A stretch of 64,000 nucleotides of DNA. Origin: Aureliella sp. (GTDB lineage: Bacteria; Planctomycetota; Planctomycetia; Pirellulales; Pirellulaceae). The stretch's first letter is position 1, and the number at the start of each line of letters is the position of its first letter. The translations under genes and the position numbers were made by a program. The stretch covers positions 2,368,001-2,432,000 of the forward strand of contig OY829846.1 of the NCBI GenBank assembly GCA_963691875.1, given 5' to 3'. The notes below the pieces were generated by a model. It searched no databases. It was not told where the DNA came from and worked only from the letters and a program-made list of their open reading frames with translations. Below, piece after piece: positions 10,011-19,998 of the stretch.

Positions 10011-10553
10011 ATGTCACGAATCGGAAATAAGCCAGTTCCCATCATCGACGGGGTGGAAGTCAGTGTCGCTGATCGTGTGGTCAAGGTAAAAGGCCCCAAG
10101 GGTGAGCTTGAGTTTGCTCATCGCCCCGAGGTCGCCGTTGCCGTAGATGGCGAAGACAAAACTGTAAAAGTATCGCGTCAGACTAATGAGCGTACTTCTC
10201 GGGAACTGCATGGTCTGACTCGCGCGGTCATCAGCAACATGATCTTCGGAGTCAAAGAAGGTTATGAGAAGAAGTTGGAAGTTGTCGGTGTTGGCTACAT
10301 CGCTGCGATTCAGGGGAAAGAGCTTCAGTTACGTGTCGGTTACGCCAACGAACTTAAGAAGATCATTCCCGATGGCTTGAGCGTCACCTGCCCTGATCAA
10401 ACGCATATCGTCGTTCAGGGCTGCGACAAGCAGATGGTTGGGCAGTTCGCGGCTGAAGTTCGAGCACTGAGAAAACCAGAGCCTTACAAGGGTAAGGGAA
10501 TTCGTTACCAAGGCGAGCAAGTCAAGCTCAAGGCTGGCAAGTCCGCGACTTAG
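10011..10553 (+). CDS. rplF: 50S ribosomal protein L6
   Basis: MSRIGNKP, VKGPKG, RKPEPYKGKGIRY. Confidence 0.98.
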   Translation: MSRIGNKPVPIIDGVEVSVADRVVKVKGPKGELEFAHRPEVAVAVDGEDKTVKVSRQTNERTSRELHGLTRAVISNMIFGVKEGYEKKLEVVGVGYIAAIQGKELQLRVGYANELKKIIPDGLSVTCPDQTHIVVQGCDKQMVGQFAAEVRALRKPEPYKGKGIRYQGEQVKLKAGKSAT

Positions 10554-10622
10554 TCCTCACTGAAATAGCAATACATCCGCCAAGATTTGGCGTAAGCAGA
10601 TTGAAGTACAAGCGAGCCAATC

Positions 10623-10985
10623 GTGAAGCTTAAGAAGATCATCAACAACCAGCGGAAGCGTCGAACTTTTCGAGTCCGAAACAAGGTTCGTGGCGATGGA
10701 CAACGTCCGCGACTGTGTGTGAACCGAACACTGAAGCACTTTTCTTGTCAGCTGATTGACGACGAGAAGGGGCTGACGATTGCATCGGCTTCCACGAAAG
10801 ACAAGTCAACCACTGCTGGCAGCGGAAGCAACTGCGATGCAGCTTCTGCGGTCGGCAAGGCAATTGCTGAGAAGGCCCTCGCGGCCGGCGTAAAAGCGGT
10901 CCGACTGGATCGTGGCTCCTGCAGGTACCACGGACGAGTTGCGGCGTTTGCCAATGCGGCTCGAGAAGGCGGCTTGGAGCTGTAA
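10623..10985 (+). CDS. rplR: 50S ribosomal protein L18
   Basis: RPRL.V.RT, QLIDD, DRG..RYHGRV, AREGGL. Confidence 0.97.
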   Translation: MKLKKIINNQRKRRTFRVRNKVRGDGQRPRLCVNRTLKHFSCQLIDDEKGLTIASASTKDKSTTAGSGSNCDAASAVGKAIAEKALAAGVKAVRLDRGSCRYHGRVAAFANAAREGGLEL

Positions 10986-11029
10986 ACGAAACATCAATAT
11001 CCTTGATTATCAGGTGGAGTGCCAAGTAA

Positions 11030-11521
11030 GTGGCCAATGCAAACGAACAAACCGGTGATGGCTCGATAGAACGAGTCCTTAAGATCAAGCGATGTGCAGC
11101 CGTTGTAAAAGGCGGTCGTCGCTTCAGCTTTGCTGCCTTGGTTGTTGTCGGTGATGGCAAGGGCAAAGTGGGCTTTGGTTATGGCAAGGCCAACGAAGTT
11201 CCTCCAAGTGTCCAAAAGGCACAGAAACAAGCCAACCGCAACACGGTCGAAGTTCCCTTGGTAGACGGCACGATACCGCACCAGGCGATCGGAAACTTCG
11301 GTGCGGCCAAAGTAATTTTGGTCCCAGCCAGCCCTGGTACCGGTATTATTGCCGGACCTGCAGTACGAGCTGTGTGTGAAGCAGCCGGCATCAAGGACAT
11401 TTTAACCAAGAGCTTCAGTTCTAATAATCCCTCTGTACTCGTCAAGGCAACGTTCGACGCTCTGAAGAAGCTGCGAACGCGTGATGAGGTTGAGCGTCTG
11501 CGTGGGGTAACGTTGTCATGA
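11030..11521 (+). CDS. rpsE: 30S ribosomal protein S5
   Basis: [32 protein letters not shown]. Confidence 0.98.
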   Translation: MANANEQTGDGSIERVLKIKRCAAVVKGGRRFSFAALVVVGDGKGKVGFGYGKANEVPPSVQKAQKQANRNTVEVPLVDGTIPHQAIGNFGAAKVILVPASPGTGIIAGPAVRAVCEAAGIKDILTKSFSSNNPSVLVKATFDALKKLRTRDEVERLRGVTLS

Positions 11522-12015
11522 GATTAGACCAAGTCAATCAGGGGATTAAGAAGTTCCGCAAGAAACGGCGACTTGGTCGTGGACCAGCGTCTGGACAGGG
11601 CAAGACCTCTGGTCGTGGTCAAGACGGGCAAAAGTCACGTCGTGGATTCTCTCGACACCCTGCAAAGGTCGGTGAAGACCTGCCAATGCAGCGTCGCGTT
11701 CCCAAGCGAGGTTTTAATAACCGCTTTGCTACGACTGTCATCGCTCTAAATGTGAGCGACATTTCCGCCGTCTTCGAGGCTGGTGCAGAAGTCACACCTG
11801 CTACGCTGAAGGCGAAGGGCCTAGTAAAGAAACGTTACGACGAGATCAAGATTCTCGGTGATGGCGAAATCGACAAAGCTCTCAAAGTCGCTGTGCATCG
11901 ATATTCGGCCAGCGCCAAGGAAAAAATTTCCGCGGCAGGTGGTACAGTTACCGAGGTGAAGGCGAAGCGCACTCCGAAAGAGCGCGTTGCCGACTTGGCC
12001 AAGGTAAAAAAGTAG
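11518..12015 (+). CDS. rplO: 50S ribosomal protein L15
   Basis: [37 protein letters not shown] overlap with rpsE. Confidence 0.97.
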   Translation: MRLDQVNQGIKKFRKKRRLGRGPASGQGKTSGRGQDGQKSRRGFSRHPAKVGEDLPMQRRVPKRGFNNRFATTVIALNVSDISAVFEAGAEVTPATLKAKGLVKKRYDEIKILGDGEIDKALKVAVHRYSASAKEKISAAGGTVTEVKAKRTPKERVADLAKVKK

Positions 12016-12077
12016 TCAGCGAATGAATAGTTCGGTCTTCGCGGCCGAAATCGCAAACGACGACAGGAGTCTAGGTC

Positions 12078-13445
12078 ATGTGGCAAAAACTTAGAGTTGT
12101 CTTCACGATTCCCGAGCTGCGCTCCAAGATCTTGCTCACCCTCGGGTTGCTTGCGATCTATCGAGTCGGCTACCAAATCCCATTGCCGATGGTCGACTCC
12201 AGTCCAGGTGGGAGCGGCAATCAGGTCGACAATTTCCTTGAGCGGATCTCTGTTTTCGCTGCAACCGATTTGCGTCAGCTGACCATTTTTGGTCTGGGTA
12301 TCATGCCCTATATCTCTGCTTCGATTGTGTTCCAGTTACTAGGCAGCGTCTGGCCACCGATCGAGCGCCTTCGCAAGGAAGGTCAGACAGGGATGAAGAA
12401 GATCAACGAATACACGCGTTATTTGACAGTGATCCTTTGCGTTCTTCAGTCGATCGTGTTTCTGAAGTACGCACCAGTCGTCAACTTCCAACCAGCATTT
12501 TGCAACCCTGGCTCGAACGAGTTGCACTTTGGCTGGTTCATGACCGCCGTCGCCATTATGACTGGCGGCACCGTGTTCTTGATGTGGCTCGGTGAGCAGA
12601 TAGATGAATACGGGATCGGTAACGGTATCAGCTTGTTGATCATGGCCAGTATTTTGGCTCAGATGCCTCAAGCAATGATCGACCTTCGCCAGAATATGTC
12701 GACGCAGTTGAGCGGCTCCTCCGGGCAAATTGGGCCTGATAAGTTGATAGTATTAGCTGCCCTGTTTGTTGCCGTAGTCTTCGGTGTGGTGTTTATCACG
12801 ATGGGTCAGAGACGCATTCAAACCCAGAGTGCTAAGCACGTTCGTGGTCGTCGCGTCTATGGTGGGACCAAGCAGTTCTTGCCACTTCGAATCAATCAAG
12901 CTGGCGTGATGCCGATCATTTTCGCGAGTAGCTTGTTGATGATTCCTGGTCTGCTGGTTGGCTTTGTTGCGAGCTGGTTTGTGGATACGAAGAATCCAGA
13001 GTCAATTTGGTCCGGGATCGCGAATTTGTTGTCGATGGTTTCAAACGGTCTGACCTCTGGTCAATCGCTTTTGTACATCGTGATGTATATCGCAATGATC
13101 TTCTTCTTTTGCTACTTCTGGACTTCGATCACTTTCAATCCGAAAGAGATGTCCGAGAACCTGAAGGACCATGGGACCTTTATTCCCGGCTATCGCCCAG
13201 GAAAGCGGACTGCAGATTACCTCGAAAAGGTGATGCTTCGAATCACTTACGTTGGTGCTGGCTTCTTGGCTGCAGTTGCGATTGTTCCCATCTTGGTGAA
13301 CATTCAACTGGCGATTCCGTTCTCGGTCGCCTCCTTTTATGGTGGCACCAGTCTCTTGATTGCAGTGAGTGTGGCTTTTGATCTTATCCAGAAGATAGAC
13401 AATCACTTGCTAATGCGAAGCTATAAGGGACTACTGGAGTCGTAG
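12078..13445 (+). CDS. secY: Preprotein translocase subunit SecY
   Basis: LGIMPYISASI, WLGEQI..YGIGNGISLLI, AGVMPIIFA, FIPGYRPG, GGTSLLI. Confidence 0.98.
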   Translation: MWQKLRVVFTIPELRSKILLTLGLLAIYRVGYQIPLPMVDSSPGGSGNQVDNFLERISVFAATDLRQLTIFGLGIMPYISASIVFQLLGSVWPPIERLRKEGQTGMKKINEYTRYLTVILCVLQSIVFLKYAPVVNFQPAFCNPGSNELHFGWFMTAVAIMTGGTVFLMWLGEQIDEYGIGNGISLLIMASILAQMPQAMIDLRQNMSTQLSGSSGQIGPDKLIVLAALFVAVVFGVVFITMGQRRIQTQSAKHVRGRRVYGGTKQFLPLRINQAGVMPIIFASSLLMIPGLLVGFVASWFVDTKNPESIWSGIANLLSMVSNGLTSGQSLLYIVMYIAMIFFFCYFWTSITFNPKEMSENLKDHGTFIPGYRPGKRTADYLEKVMLRITYVGAGFLAAVAIVPILVNIQLAIPFSVASFYGGTSLLIAVSVAFDLIQKIDNHLLMRSYKGLLES

Positions 13446-13492
13446 CCGGTATTGGCCGCTGCGGATCCATGGAGTGAGCAGGATTCTTAGGA

Positions 13493-14074
13493 ATGCGAAT
13501 TGTCTTCATTGGTCCCCCCGGGGCGGGCAAGGGAACCCAATGCAAGCGATTGGTTGAATCGCTGCAGATGCCGCAGCTTTCCACAGGAGACATGCTTCGT
13601 GAAGTGCGCGGCCAAAGCTCGGCTCTAGGTCGTTGGGTTGCTGGGCACATCGATGCTGGTCAACTAGCGCCCGACCACTTGGTGATGCGAATCGTCGCTC
13701 AACGATTGACTGACGAAGATTGTCAGGCGGGTTGCCTTTTCGATGGCTTTCCGCGGACTTTGGTCCAAGCTCAATTGCTCGAAGAGCATTTTGAGAAGAC
13801 AAAGCTGGAATTGGATTTGGTGCTGGAATTGACGGGCGAATCAAGTCTTTTGACTTCTCGCCTTTTGAAACGAGCCGAAATAGAAAACCGTGCCGATGAT
13901 AACGAGGAGACGATCCGCGCGCGACTAGAAGTGTACCGAGCGCAGACTGCACCGCTGATCAACCACTATGGCGAGGCGGGACTACTGGAGTCAGTCGATG
14001 GGATGCAACAGCCCGACAAAGTCTTCGCGGACATCATGGCCATCATAAGCCGACGGAGTGCAGCAAAAGGATAG
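13493..14074 (+). CDS. adk: Adenylate kinase (short LID type)
   Basis: GPPGAGKGTQ, STGDMLR, DGFPRT, RADD. Confidence 0.97.
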   Translation: MRIVFIGPPGAGKGTQCKRLVESLQMPQLSTGDMLREVRGQSSALGRWVAGHIDAGQLAPDHLVMRIVAQRLTDEDCQAGCLFDGFPRTLVQAQLLEEHFEKTKLELDLVLELTGESSLLTSRLLKRAEIENRADDNEETIRARLEVYRAQTAPLINHYGEAGLLESVDGMQQPDKVFADIMAIISRRSAAKG

Positions 14075-14096
14075 TCATTCGTCATGAAGTTACGAC

Positions 14097-14126
14097 TTGT
14101 CAGGTTGGCTTTGCCTGCGATACAAT
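14097..14126 (+). promoter_or_regulatory. sigma70-type promoter for the alpha operon (rpsM-rpsK-rpoA-rplQ-rpmG)
   Basis: TTGTCA (14097-14102), 18 nt spacer, TACAAT (14121-14126) in the adk-rpsM gap; TAAGGAG SD before rpsM. Confidence 0.65.
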
Positions 14127-14236
14127 GCTCGATTCTAAGAAAACCGAGAAGAACATAGACCGGTCGTTGATCGACCTAAGTGCTGGAATAGCAACGATTT
14201 ATTAAGAACCAAATCAATTAGTTTAAGGAGCATTCC

Positions 14237-14620
14237 GTGCCGCGTTTACTCGGTGTGGACATTCCCAACGACAAAAAAGTAGTGATTTCGCTGACTTACA
14301 TCTTCGGTGTTGGTCCGCATGTTGCTCGGGAAGTTTGCGAAACGACCAAGATCGATCCGTACAAGCAAGCTCGTGACCTGAATGAGGACGAGTTGAGTCG
14401 TTTGTCGACCTTGCTGGAACGTGACTACAACGTCGAAGGTCCACTACGTCGCTCTGTGACACAAAATATCACTCGCCTGCGTGAAATTAAGTGCTATCGC
14501 GGGTTCCGGCACCGTACCAGTTTGCCGGTACGTGGACAGCGAACCCGAACGAACGCTCGCACGCGTAAGGGCCCGAGAAAGACGGTCGCGGGTAAAAAGG
14601 GCGTGAAGGATTTGCGTTAG
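14237..14620 (+). CDS. rpsM: 30S ribosomal protein S13
   Basis: R..GVDIP, YRG.RH...LPVRGQRTRTNARTRKG. Confidence 0.98.
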   Translation: MPRLLGVDIPNDKKVVISLTYIFGVGPHVAREVCETTKIDPYKQARDLNEDELSRLSTLLERDYNVEGPLRRSVTQNITRLREIKCYRGFRHRTSLPVRGQRTRTNARTRKGPRKTVAGKKGVKDLR

Positions 14621-14715
14621 TCTTAGCTGCAGGCTGGCTGGCCTGTGGTTCGAGGCAAGGACTCCTTTGCACGACACGAAACATACTTTTGTAACTGAGA
14701 TAAAGAGGTAGATCG

Positions 14716-15096
14716 GTGGCTAAGGTCAAGAGACGCAAGCAACGCCGGAACGTGACGATGGGCATCGCCCACATTCAGTCGACGTTCAACAATACAACTG
14801 TGACGATCACTGACACCAAGGGTGACACTTTGTGCTGGGCAAGTGCCGGTACATGTGGCTTCAAAGGTAGTCGTAAGAGCACTCCTTTTGCAGGTCAGGT
14901 TGCTGCACAACAGGCTGCTGAGAAGGCAGCCAAGTTCGGCATGAAGGACGTCGAAGTTCGCGTAAAGGGTCCCGGCTCCGGACGTGAAAGTGCCATTACT
15001 GCCCTTCAAGCAGCTGGCATCAACGTTAAGTTGATCGAAGACGTCACCCCGATTCCTCACAACGGCTGTCGACCTCGCAAGCGACGCCGCGTTTAG
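14716..15096 (+). CDS. rpsK: 30S ribosomal protein S11
   Basis: [35 protein letters not shown]. Confidence 0.99.
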   Translation: MAKVKRRKQRRNVTMGIAHIQSTFNNTTVTITDTKGDTLCWASAGTCGFKGSRKSTPFAGQVAAQQAAEKAAKFGMKDVEVRVKGPGSGRESAITALQAAGINVKLIEDVTPIPHNGCRPRKRRRV

Positions 15097-15235
15097 GATC
15101 GGCCGATTGTATTGCTATAGGTCGTAGTTTGACGCCGAAACGGCGGTTACCGAAAGTCGAGTTCTGCCGCCCAGACAGCTCCATCGACTTTCCAACAGAC
15201 TTCATCTGGTGAACAACTAGAATTAGGGAACGAAG

Positions 15236-16228
15236 ATGCACATTAAATGGCGTGGCCTGGAACTTCCAAGTGCTGTCCATCCTGATCAACACACTCTGTC
15301 TCAGACTTACGGAAAGTTTGTTGCAGAGCCGTTCGAGCGTGGTTTTGGTACTACGGTCGGAAACAGCCTGCGTCGAGTTCTGCTTTCCAGCCTGGAAGGC
15401 AGTGCCATCACTCAGATTAAGATTCGCGGGGCTCAGCACGAGTTCACCACCATTCCTGGCGTCCTCGAAGACGTTACGGACATCGTTCTAAACGTCAAAT
15501 CGTTAGTCGTGAAGAACCACAGCGATTCGACGCGAGTAATCACTGTCGAGCGAAATTCCGCTGGCGTCATCACCGGCGAAGACGTTCAAGCAGATGCAGA
15601 CGTCGAGATCATCAACAAGCACCATGTCTTGGCGACTTTGACAGACGATCAGCCGTTCGTCATGGAAATGGTTGTCGAAAACGGACGCGGCTATGTCCCG
15701 GCGACAGAGCACAGCACCCGTGATCACGAGATTGGTATCATCCCTGTCGATGCTGTCTTCAGTCCGGTCGTACGAGTTCGCTACGATGTTGAGGAAACTC
15801 GCGTTGGACAAAAGACAAACTACGACAAGTTGAATCTGGAAGTTTGGACAGACGGGTCGATCGGTCCAGAAATGGCCTTGGTTGAAGCCGCCAAGATCTT
15901 CCGCAAGCATTTGAATCCTTTTGTGCAGTATACCGAACTTGGGCAACAAGTTCATGCTACCGCTCGCGGTGGCCCAGGTTCTGCCGAAGCACAATTGGAA
16001 GCCAAGCTCAACACTCCCGTTGCAGACTTGCGGCTAAGCGTTCGTGCTGCCAACTGCTTGGAGAGCGAAGGGATTCACTTGATTCGCGAGTTGGTACAAC
16101 GTAACGAAGACCAGTTGCTCGAGATCCGCAACTTTGGCGAAACCACTCTGACGGAAGTACGTGACAAGCTGGCTACGCTTGGCTTGCACCTAGGCATGCG
16201 ATTGCCTTCAGCTCAGACATTTCAATAA
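15236..16228 (+). CDS. rpoA: RNA polymerase alpha subunit
   Basis: [29 protein letters not shown], alpha[12 protein letters not shown] and RNFG. Confidence 0.99.
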   Translation: MHIKWRGLELPSAVHPDQHTLSQTYGKFVAEPFERGFGTTVGNSLRRVLLSSLEGSAITQIKIRGAQHEFTTIPGVLEDVTDIVLNVKSLVVKNHSDSTRVITVERNSAGVITGEDVQADADVEIINKHHVLATLTDDQPFVMEMVVENGRGYVPATEHSTRDHEIGIIPVDAVFSPVVRVRYDVEETRVGQKTNYDKLNLEVWTDGSIGPEMALVEAAKIFRKHLNPFVQYTELGQQVHATARGGPGSAEAQLEAKLNTPVADLRLSVRAANCLESEGIHLIRELVQRNEDQLLEIRNFGETTLTEVRDKLATLGLHLGMRLPSAQTFQ

Positions 16229-16296
16229 GCAAAACATTTAGTCGGCTGTCGTCAGATAAGCATGAGACGACGACGATAATCATTCGGAATTAGACG

Positions 16297-17010
16297 ATGA
16301 GACACAGAAGAAAAGGACGTACGCTCGGCCGCTCGCCGAGCCACCGTCGCGCTTTGTTTCGCAACCTTGCATCCGCCCTTATTCTGACTTCTAAGGAAGA
16401 TACAGAGCTGGATGACAATGCACCGAAGGTGAAGGGTCGCATTACGACCACGATCGCCAAGGCAAAGGAAGTACGTCCTTTCGTCGAAAAGTGCATCACC
16501 ATCGCGAAGAAGGGCTATGCGGCTCAGCAAAATGCGGAGCAGTATAATACCGACGCAGATCGCAATTCGGACGAGTGGAAGTCCTGGCGCAAGTCAGAGG
16601 ACTACGCGAAGTGGGTTGAAGCAAACGCACCTAACGTGAACGCTCGCCGCCGCTTGTTCCAGATGCTACGAAACAAGGAAGCCGTTTCCATTCTGATGGA
16701 AGTCCTGGCTGAGATGTTTGAAGATCGCCCGGGTGGATACACTCGCATTATGCGACTGGCAACTCCGCGACTGGGTGATAACGGCACCCGAGCAATCTTG
16801 GAATTCGTTGGCAAGAACGACCGAGTTCTAAAGAAGGCTGAAAAGCCGGACTTTGGTGGTGACGACGAAGACGAAAAAGAAGTTGCCGAAGCCGACGGCG
16901 AGCCCGACTCCGCGGTAGAAGCGGAAGAGGAGCCCAGCACCGGTGATGACAGCGCTACAGAAGCGGACGGTGAGAATGCATCTGCGGAAGACGAGAATAA
17001 AGGCGAATAG
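16297..17010 (+). CDS. rplQ: 50S ribosomal protein L17 with internal insertions and acidic tail
   Basis: MRHR...LGR...HR.AL.RNL, I.TT..KAKEVR, RPGGYTRI, R.GD. Confidence 0.96.
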   Translation: MRHRRKGRTLGRSPSHRRALFRNLASALILTSKEDTELDDNAPKVKGRITTTIAKAKEVRPFVEKCITIAKKGYAAQQNAEQYNTDADRNSDEWKSWRKSEDYAKWVEANAPNVNARRRLFQMLRNKEAVSILMEVLAEMFEDRPGGYTRIMRLATPRLGDNGTRAILEFVGKNDRVLKKAEKPDFGGDDEDEKEVAEADGEPDSAVEAEEEPSTGDDSATEADGENASAEDENKGE

Positions 17011-17012
17011 TC

Positions 17013-17177
17013 ATGGCAAAGAGCAAGAAGAAGAAGGAAATCATTCACCTCGTCTGTGAAGAGACTGGTGATTACAACTACACGCTCAAGCGAAAGACCG
17101 GTGGTGAGAAACTTCGGATTAAGAAGTTTTGCCCTCGCTTGAGAAAGCACACCGTCCATGTAGAAAAGAAGAAGTAG
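17013..17177 (+). CDS. rpmG: 50S ribosomal protein L33 (54 aa; below the ORF-track cutoff)
   Basis: Hand translation: MAKSKKKKEIIHLVCEETGDYNYTLKRKTGGEKLRIKKFCPRLRKHTVHVEKKK. Confidence 0.93.
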   Translation: MAKSKKKKEIIHLVCEETGDYNYTLKRKTGGEKLRIKKFCPRLRKHTVHVEKKK

Positions 17178-17204
17178 TCTTCTAGTCGCAGCAAATACAA
17201 TTGC

Positions 17205-17239
17205 AAAAGCCAAGTAGTTCTCTCTACTTGGCTTTTTTT
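17205..17239 (+). terminator. Intrinsic terminator ending the ribosomal cluster
   Basis: AAAAGCCAAGTAG-TTCTCT-CTACTTGGCTTTT perfect inverted repeat with a run of seven T. Confidence 0.9.
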
Positions 17240-17355
17240 GTTTCTCCCAGCACAAGTGAGGCTAGGCTCCTTTGCAAAGACCGAAGCTGGGTGCAATGCA
17301 TCTGCTATCCTAACATTTTCCCCGTAGCGGCACTCTTAACGCACTGTACTGACTG

Positions 17356-19014
17356 ATGAATCGAACACATGTCTTAACTGCGTCTTGCCATGCACTTGCA
17401 ATCTGCTTGATGCTCGCAATTGGCTCCTCGGTGCTCGCGCAGGATGCTGTCACGCGTGTTTTCATCTTCGCTGGCCAGTCCAACATGGTTGGCTCGGATT
17501 CACGCGTCGATGACGTTAATAACTTTGCACCATTCAAGGGCTATGGCGGAATCCAGCAGGACGTTCTTTTCTGGTACTGCATTGGAAGGGAGAACAAGAC
17601 GAAATCCAACGGCTGGGGGCAATTGAAACCGATTCGAGATATTGTCGGCCCTGAGCTGAGCTTTGCGCGAGAAGTAGGAAAACACAGCGATGTTCCGATC
17701 GCAATTATCAAAGTCGCCGCAGGTGGCACCCACCTCGGTGGTGATTGGAATCCAGATGAGCCACAAGGCTTTAAGATGTATCCACTTGCTCTAGAGCAGG
17801 TGCAGGATGCGTTGGCCGGTCTCCAGAAGGCGAACATCAAGTATCGTTTAGAAGGCTTCATTTGGCATCAAGGCGAGAACGACATGTTTAACGAAGAATA
17901 CAAATTGAGCTATGGCCCGAATCTGACGAACTTCATGGCTCGCTGGCGCAAAGACCTTGGAACGCCAAACCTGAAGTTCTTTGTAGGTGAACTGTGCACC
18001 AAAACCATTTGGGGCATGGACTTGCGGCCGAGAATGTACGCCATTAGCGAAGGCCAGAAGAAAGCTATCGCTAGCGACGCAAACGCCGAATACATTCCAA
18101 CGTCGCATGTCGGTGTTGAGATCGGCAATCCCGTTGGCCTACATTACCACTATGGCACGCTGGGGCAGCTCGAACACGGCATCAACTACGCTCACGCTTA
18201 TCTGAGAGACATCGGAAAACTCCCAGAGCGGTCACACACTGAATGGATCAAGCCAAAATCAAAGACGATCCGCCTTTTCATATTTGCTGGCCATCGGAAC
18301 ATGGAAGGAGAACGTAGTTTTGTGCAGGACTTGGCAGTTGCTGACGCCGAGCTGGCAAAGCCCATGCCTGACGTCGGATTCAAGTTCAGCCTAGGAGGCG
18401 GTGTGAAGACCTCTAATGGATGGCAAGCCCTTGAACCCGCTGGCTATTACGACACCTATGGGCCGGAACTTAGCTTTGCCCGGCCTATCCTGAACGACTC
18501 AAACAACCCAACTCCCATTGCGATCGCCAAGTTCACACACAGTGGCTCGCAAATGAACGACTGGACTCCAGAGGGCAGTGTTGCCATTACGCGTCACCTA
18601 TATCCTGCATGGATCAAGTTCATCAGCGAGAGTATCAAGGAGTTAGAAGAGGAAGGATACTCGGTTCAGCTGCAAGGCATCTTCTATCACGTTGGCGAGA
18701 ACGAGATGTCGATGCATCCGTATCGCAAGAGTGCGGCGAAGTGGCTTAGAGCTACCGTTGAACAAACTCGACTAGATCTCCAGCTACCCGATCTGCCTTG
18801 GTTCGTTTCCCAGCAGCCGCCAACCGATCACAAGAACGTCAACGGCCTCGACGTCGTCAGTGACATCCGAACACTGTCAGAGTCGGACTCTGCGATGCAT
18901 CATATTTACATCGAAGACTTCCCGCCACAGCCCAAACGATTGGTGCTCGACACTGCAGGCATTTTGCATTTAGGCAAGCGGCTCGCAGCCGGTTATTTGG
19001 ATGTTAGCGAATAG
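17356..19014 (+). CDS. Secreted sialate O-acetylesterase (SASA/SGNH-type) family protein with two tandem domains
   Basis: Signal peptide; FIFAGQSNM, GPELSFA, WHQGEND in domain 1; FIFAGHRNM, GPELSFA, YHVGENE in domain 2. Confidence 0.85.
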   Translation: MNRTHVLTASCHALAICLMLAIGSSVLAQDAVTRVFIFAGQSNMVGSDSRVDDVNNFAPFKGYGGIQQDVLFWYCIGRENKTKSNGWGQLKPIRDIVGPELSFAREVGKHSDVPIAIIKVAAGGTHLGGDWNPDEPQGFKMYPLALEQVQDALAGLQKANIKYRLEGFIWHQGENDMFNEEYKLSYGPNLTNFMARWRKDLGTPNLKFFVGELCTKTIWGMDLRPRMYAISEGQKKAIASDANAEYIPTSHVGVEIGNPVGLHYHYGTLGQLEHGINYAHAYLRDIGKLPERSHTEWIKPKSKTIRLFIFAGHRNMEGERSFVQDLAVADAELAKPMPDVGFKFSLGGGVKTSNGWQALEPAGYYDTYGPELSFARPILNDSNNPTPIAIAKFTHSGSQMNDWTPEGSVAITRHLYPAWIKFISESIKELEEEGYSVQLQGIFYHVGENEMSMHPYRKSAAKWLRATVEQTRLDLQLPDLPWFVSQQPPTDHKNVNGLDVVSDIRTLSESDSAMHHIYIEDFPPQPKRLVLDTAGILHLGKRLAAGYLDVSE

Positions 19015-19016
19015 GA

Positions 19017-19757
19017 ATGAAACTCGCCGCCGCACAGACTCGACCCAATCCAGGCGACATCCAAGAGAACTTGCGTCAGCACCTGAGTCTCATTCAGCTT
19101 GCAGCGGAACACGACGTCGATCACATCGTCTTTCCTGAGCTCTCGCTTACAGGATACTTGCTACACAAAGCCCAGATTATGGCAGCGAGGATTGGGCCCG
19201 AGCAGCTAGACGCTCTTCAAGCCCTGGCTGATGAGCTCCTACTATCGATCACTGTTGGCTTACCTACACCGGACGCAACATGTTCCTCGCAGCTCCCAAA
19301 AATCTCTGCGATTACCTTCGCACCTGACAGTAAACAACACGTTTATTCAAAGCGATTCCTACACGAGGATGAACTTCCTTATTTTTCTCAAGGTAGCACA
19401 GACAATCTGTTGATCAGCAGGAGCGCAAGAATCGCGTTAGCCATATGTTTTGAAAACACGCAAGAAGCTCACCTCGACGAGGCATTGCGGCAAGGAGCAG
19501 AGATTTACATCGCAAGTGTCGCGAAGACAGAACGAGGCATGCAATCCGCCAAGAAGCGTCTAGCGAACGTTTGTGAGCAGCACGGTATACCGACACTGCT
19601 TGTCAACTCCATTGGACTTCAAGGCGGCGAAGCCTGTGCGGGCGGCACTGCAGCTTGGGATGCGTCCGGCAACTTGCTTGCCGAGCTGGATAACAGAACG
19701 CCTGGCATACTCATATTGGATACCTCATCGCAGCATGCGATTATCGCCGAATTGTGA
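19017..19757 (+). CDS. Carbon-nitrogen hydrolase (nitrilase superfamily)
   Basis: Glu-Lys-Cys triad context: VFPELSLTGY, YSKRFL, AICFE. Confidence 0.88.
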   Translation: MKLAAAQTRPNPGDIQENLRQHLSLIQLAAEHDVDHIVFPELSLTGYLLHKAQIMAARIGPEQLDALQALADELLLSITVGLPTPDATCSSQLPKISAITFAPDSKQHVYSKRFLHEDELPYFSQGSTDNLLISRSARIALAICFENTQEAHLDEALRQGAEIYIASVAKTERGMQSAKKRLANVCEQHGIPTLLVNSIGLQGGEACAGGTAAWDASGNLLAELDNRTPGILILDTSSQHAIIAEL

Positions 19758-19998
19758 CCGAGGGCTTCTAGACTCTCGGCCGGCAGTAGATGAGGCTTCG
19801 AATCTAGTAACAATGTGCTCAAAGCCCGTCGGACCAAGGCACGCCCGCGTCTGGGGCTGACCGTTAAACGATCCGCCTGAACACTGGTTGCGGAAGCCGT
19901 CAATGGCCTGTACCCGCATACGTCCCTCACTCGCTCACCTAACGGCAATCCAGACTCGCTTTTACGAAAGGCAGTCGAGTCGTGCTGCGACGTAAGCA

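Noticed and set aside
14084..14158. 24-codon ORF MKLRLVRLALPAIQCSILRKPRRT at the usual rpmJ position
   Set aside because: Lacks the L36 pattern (CxxC...C...H, KQRQG) and overlaps the predicted alpha-operon promoter
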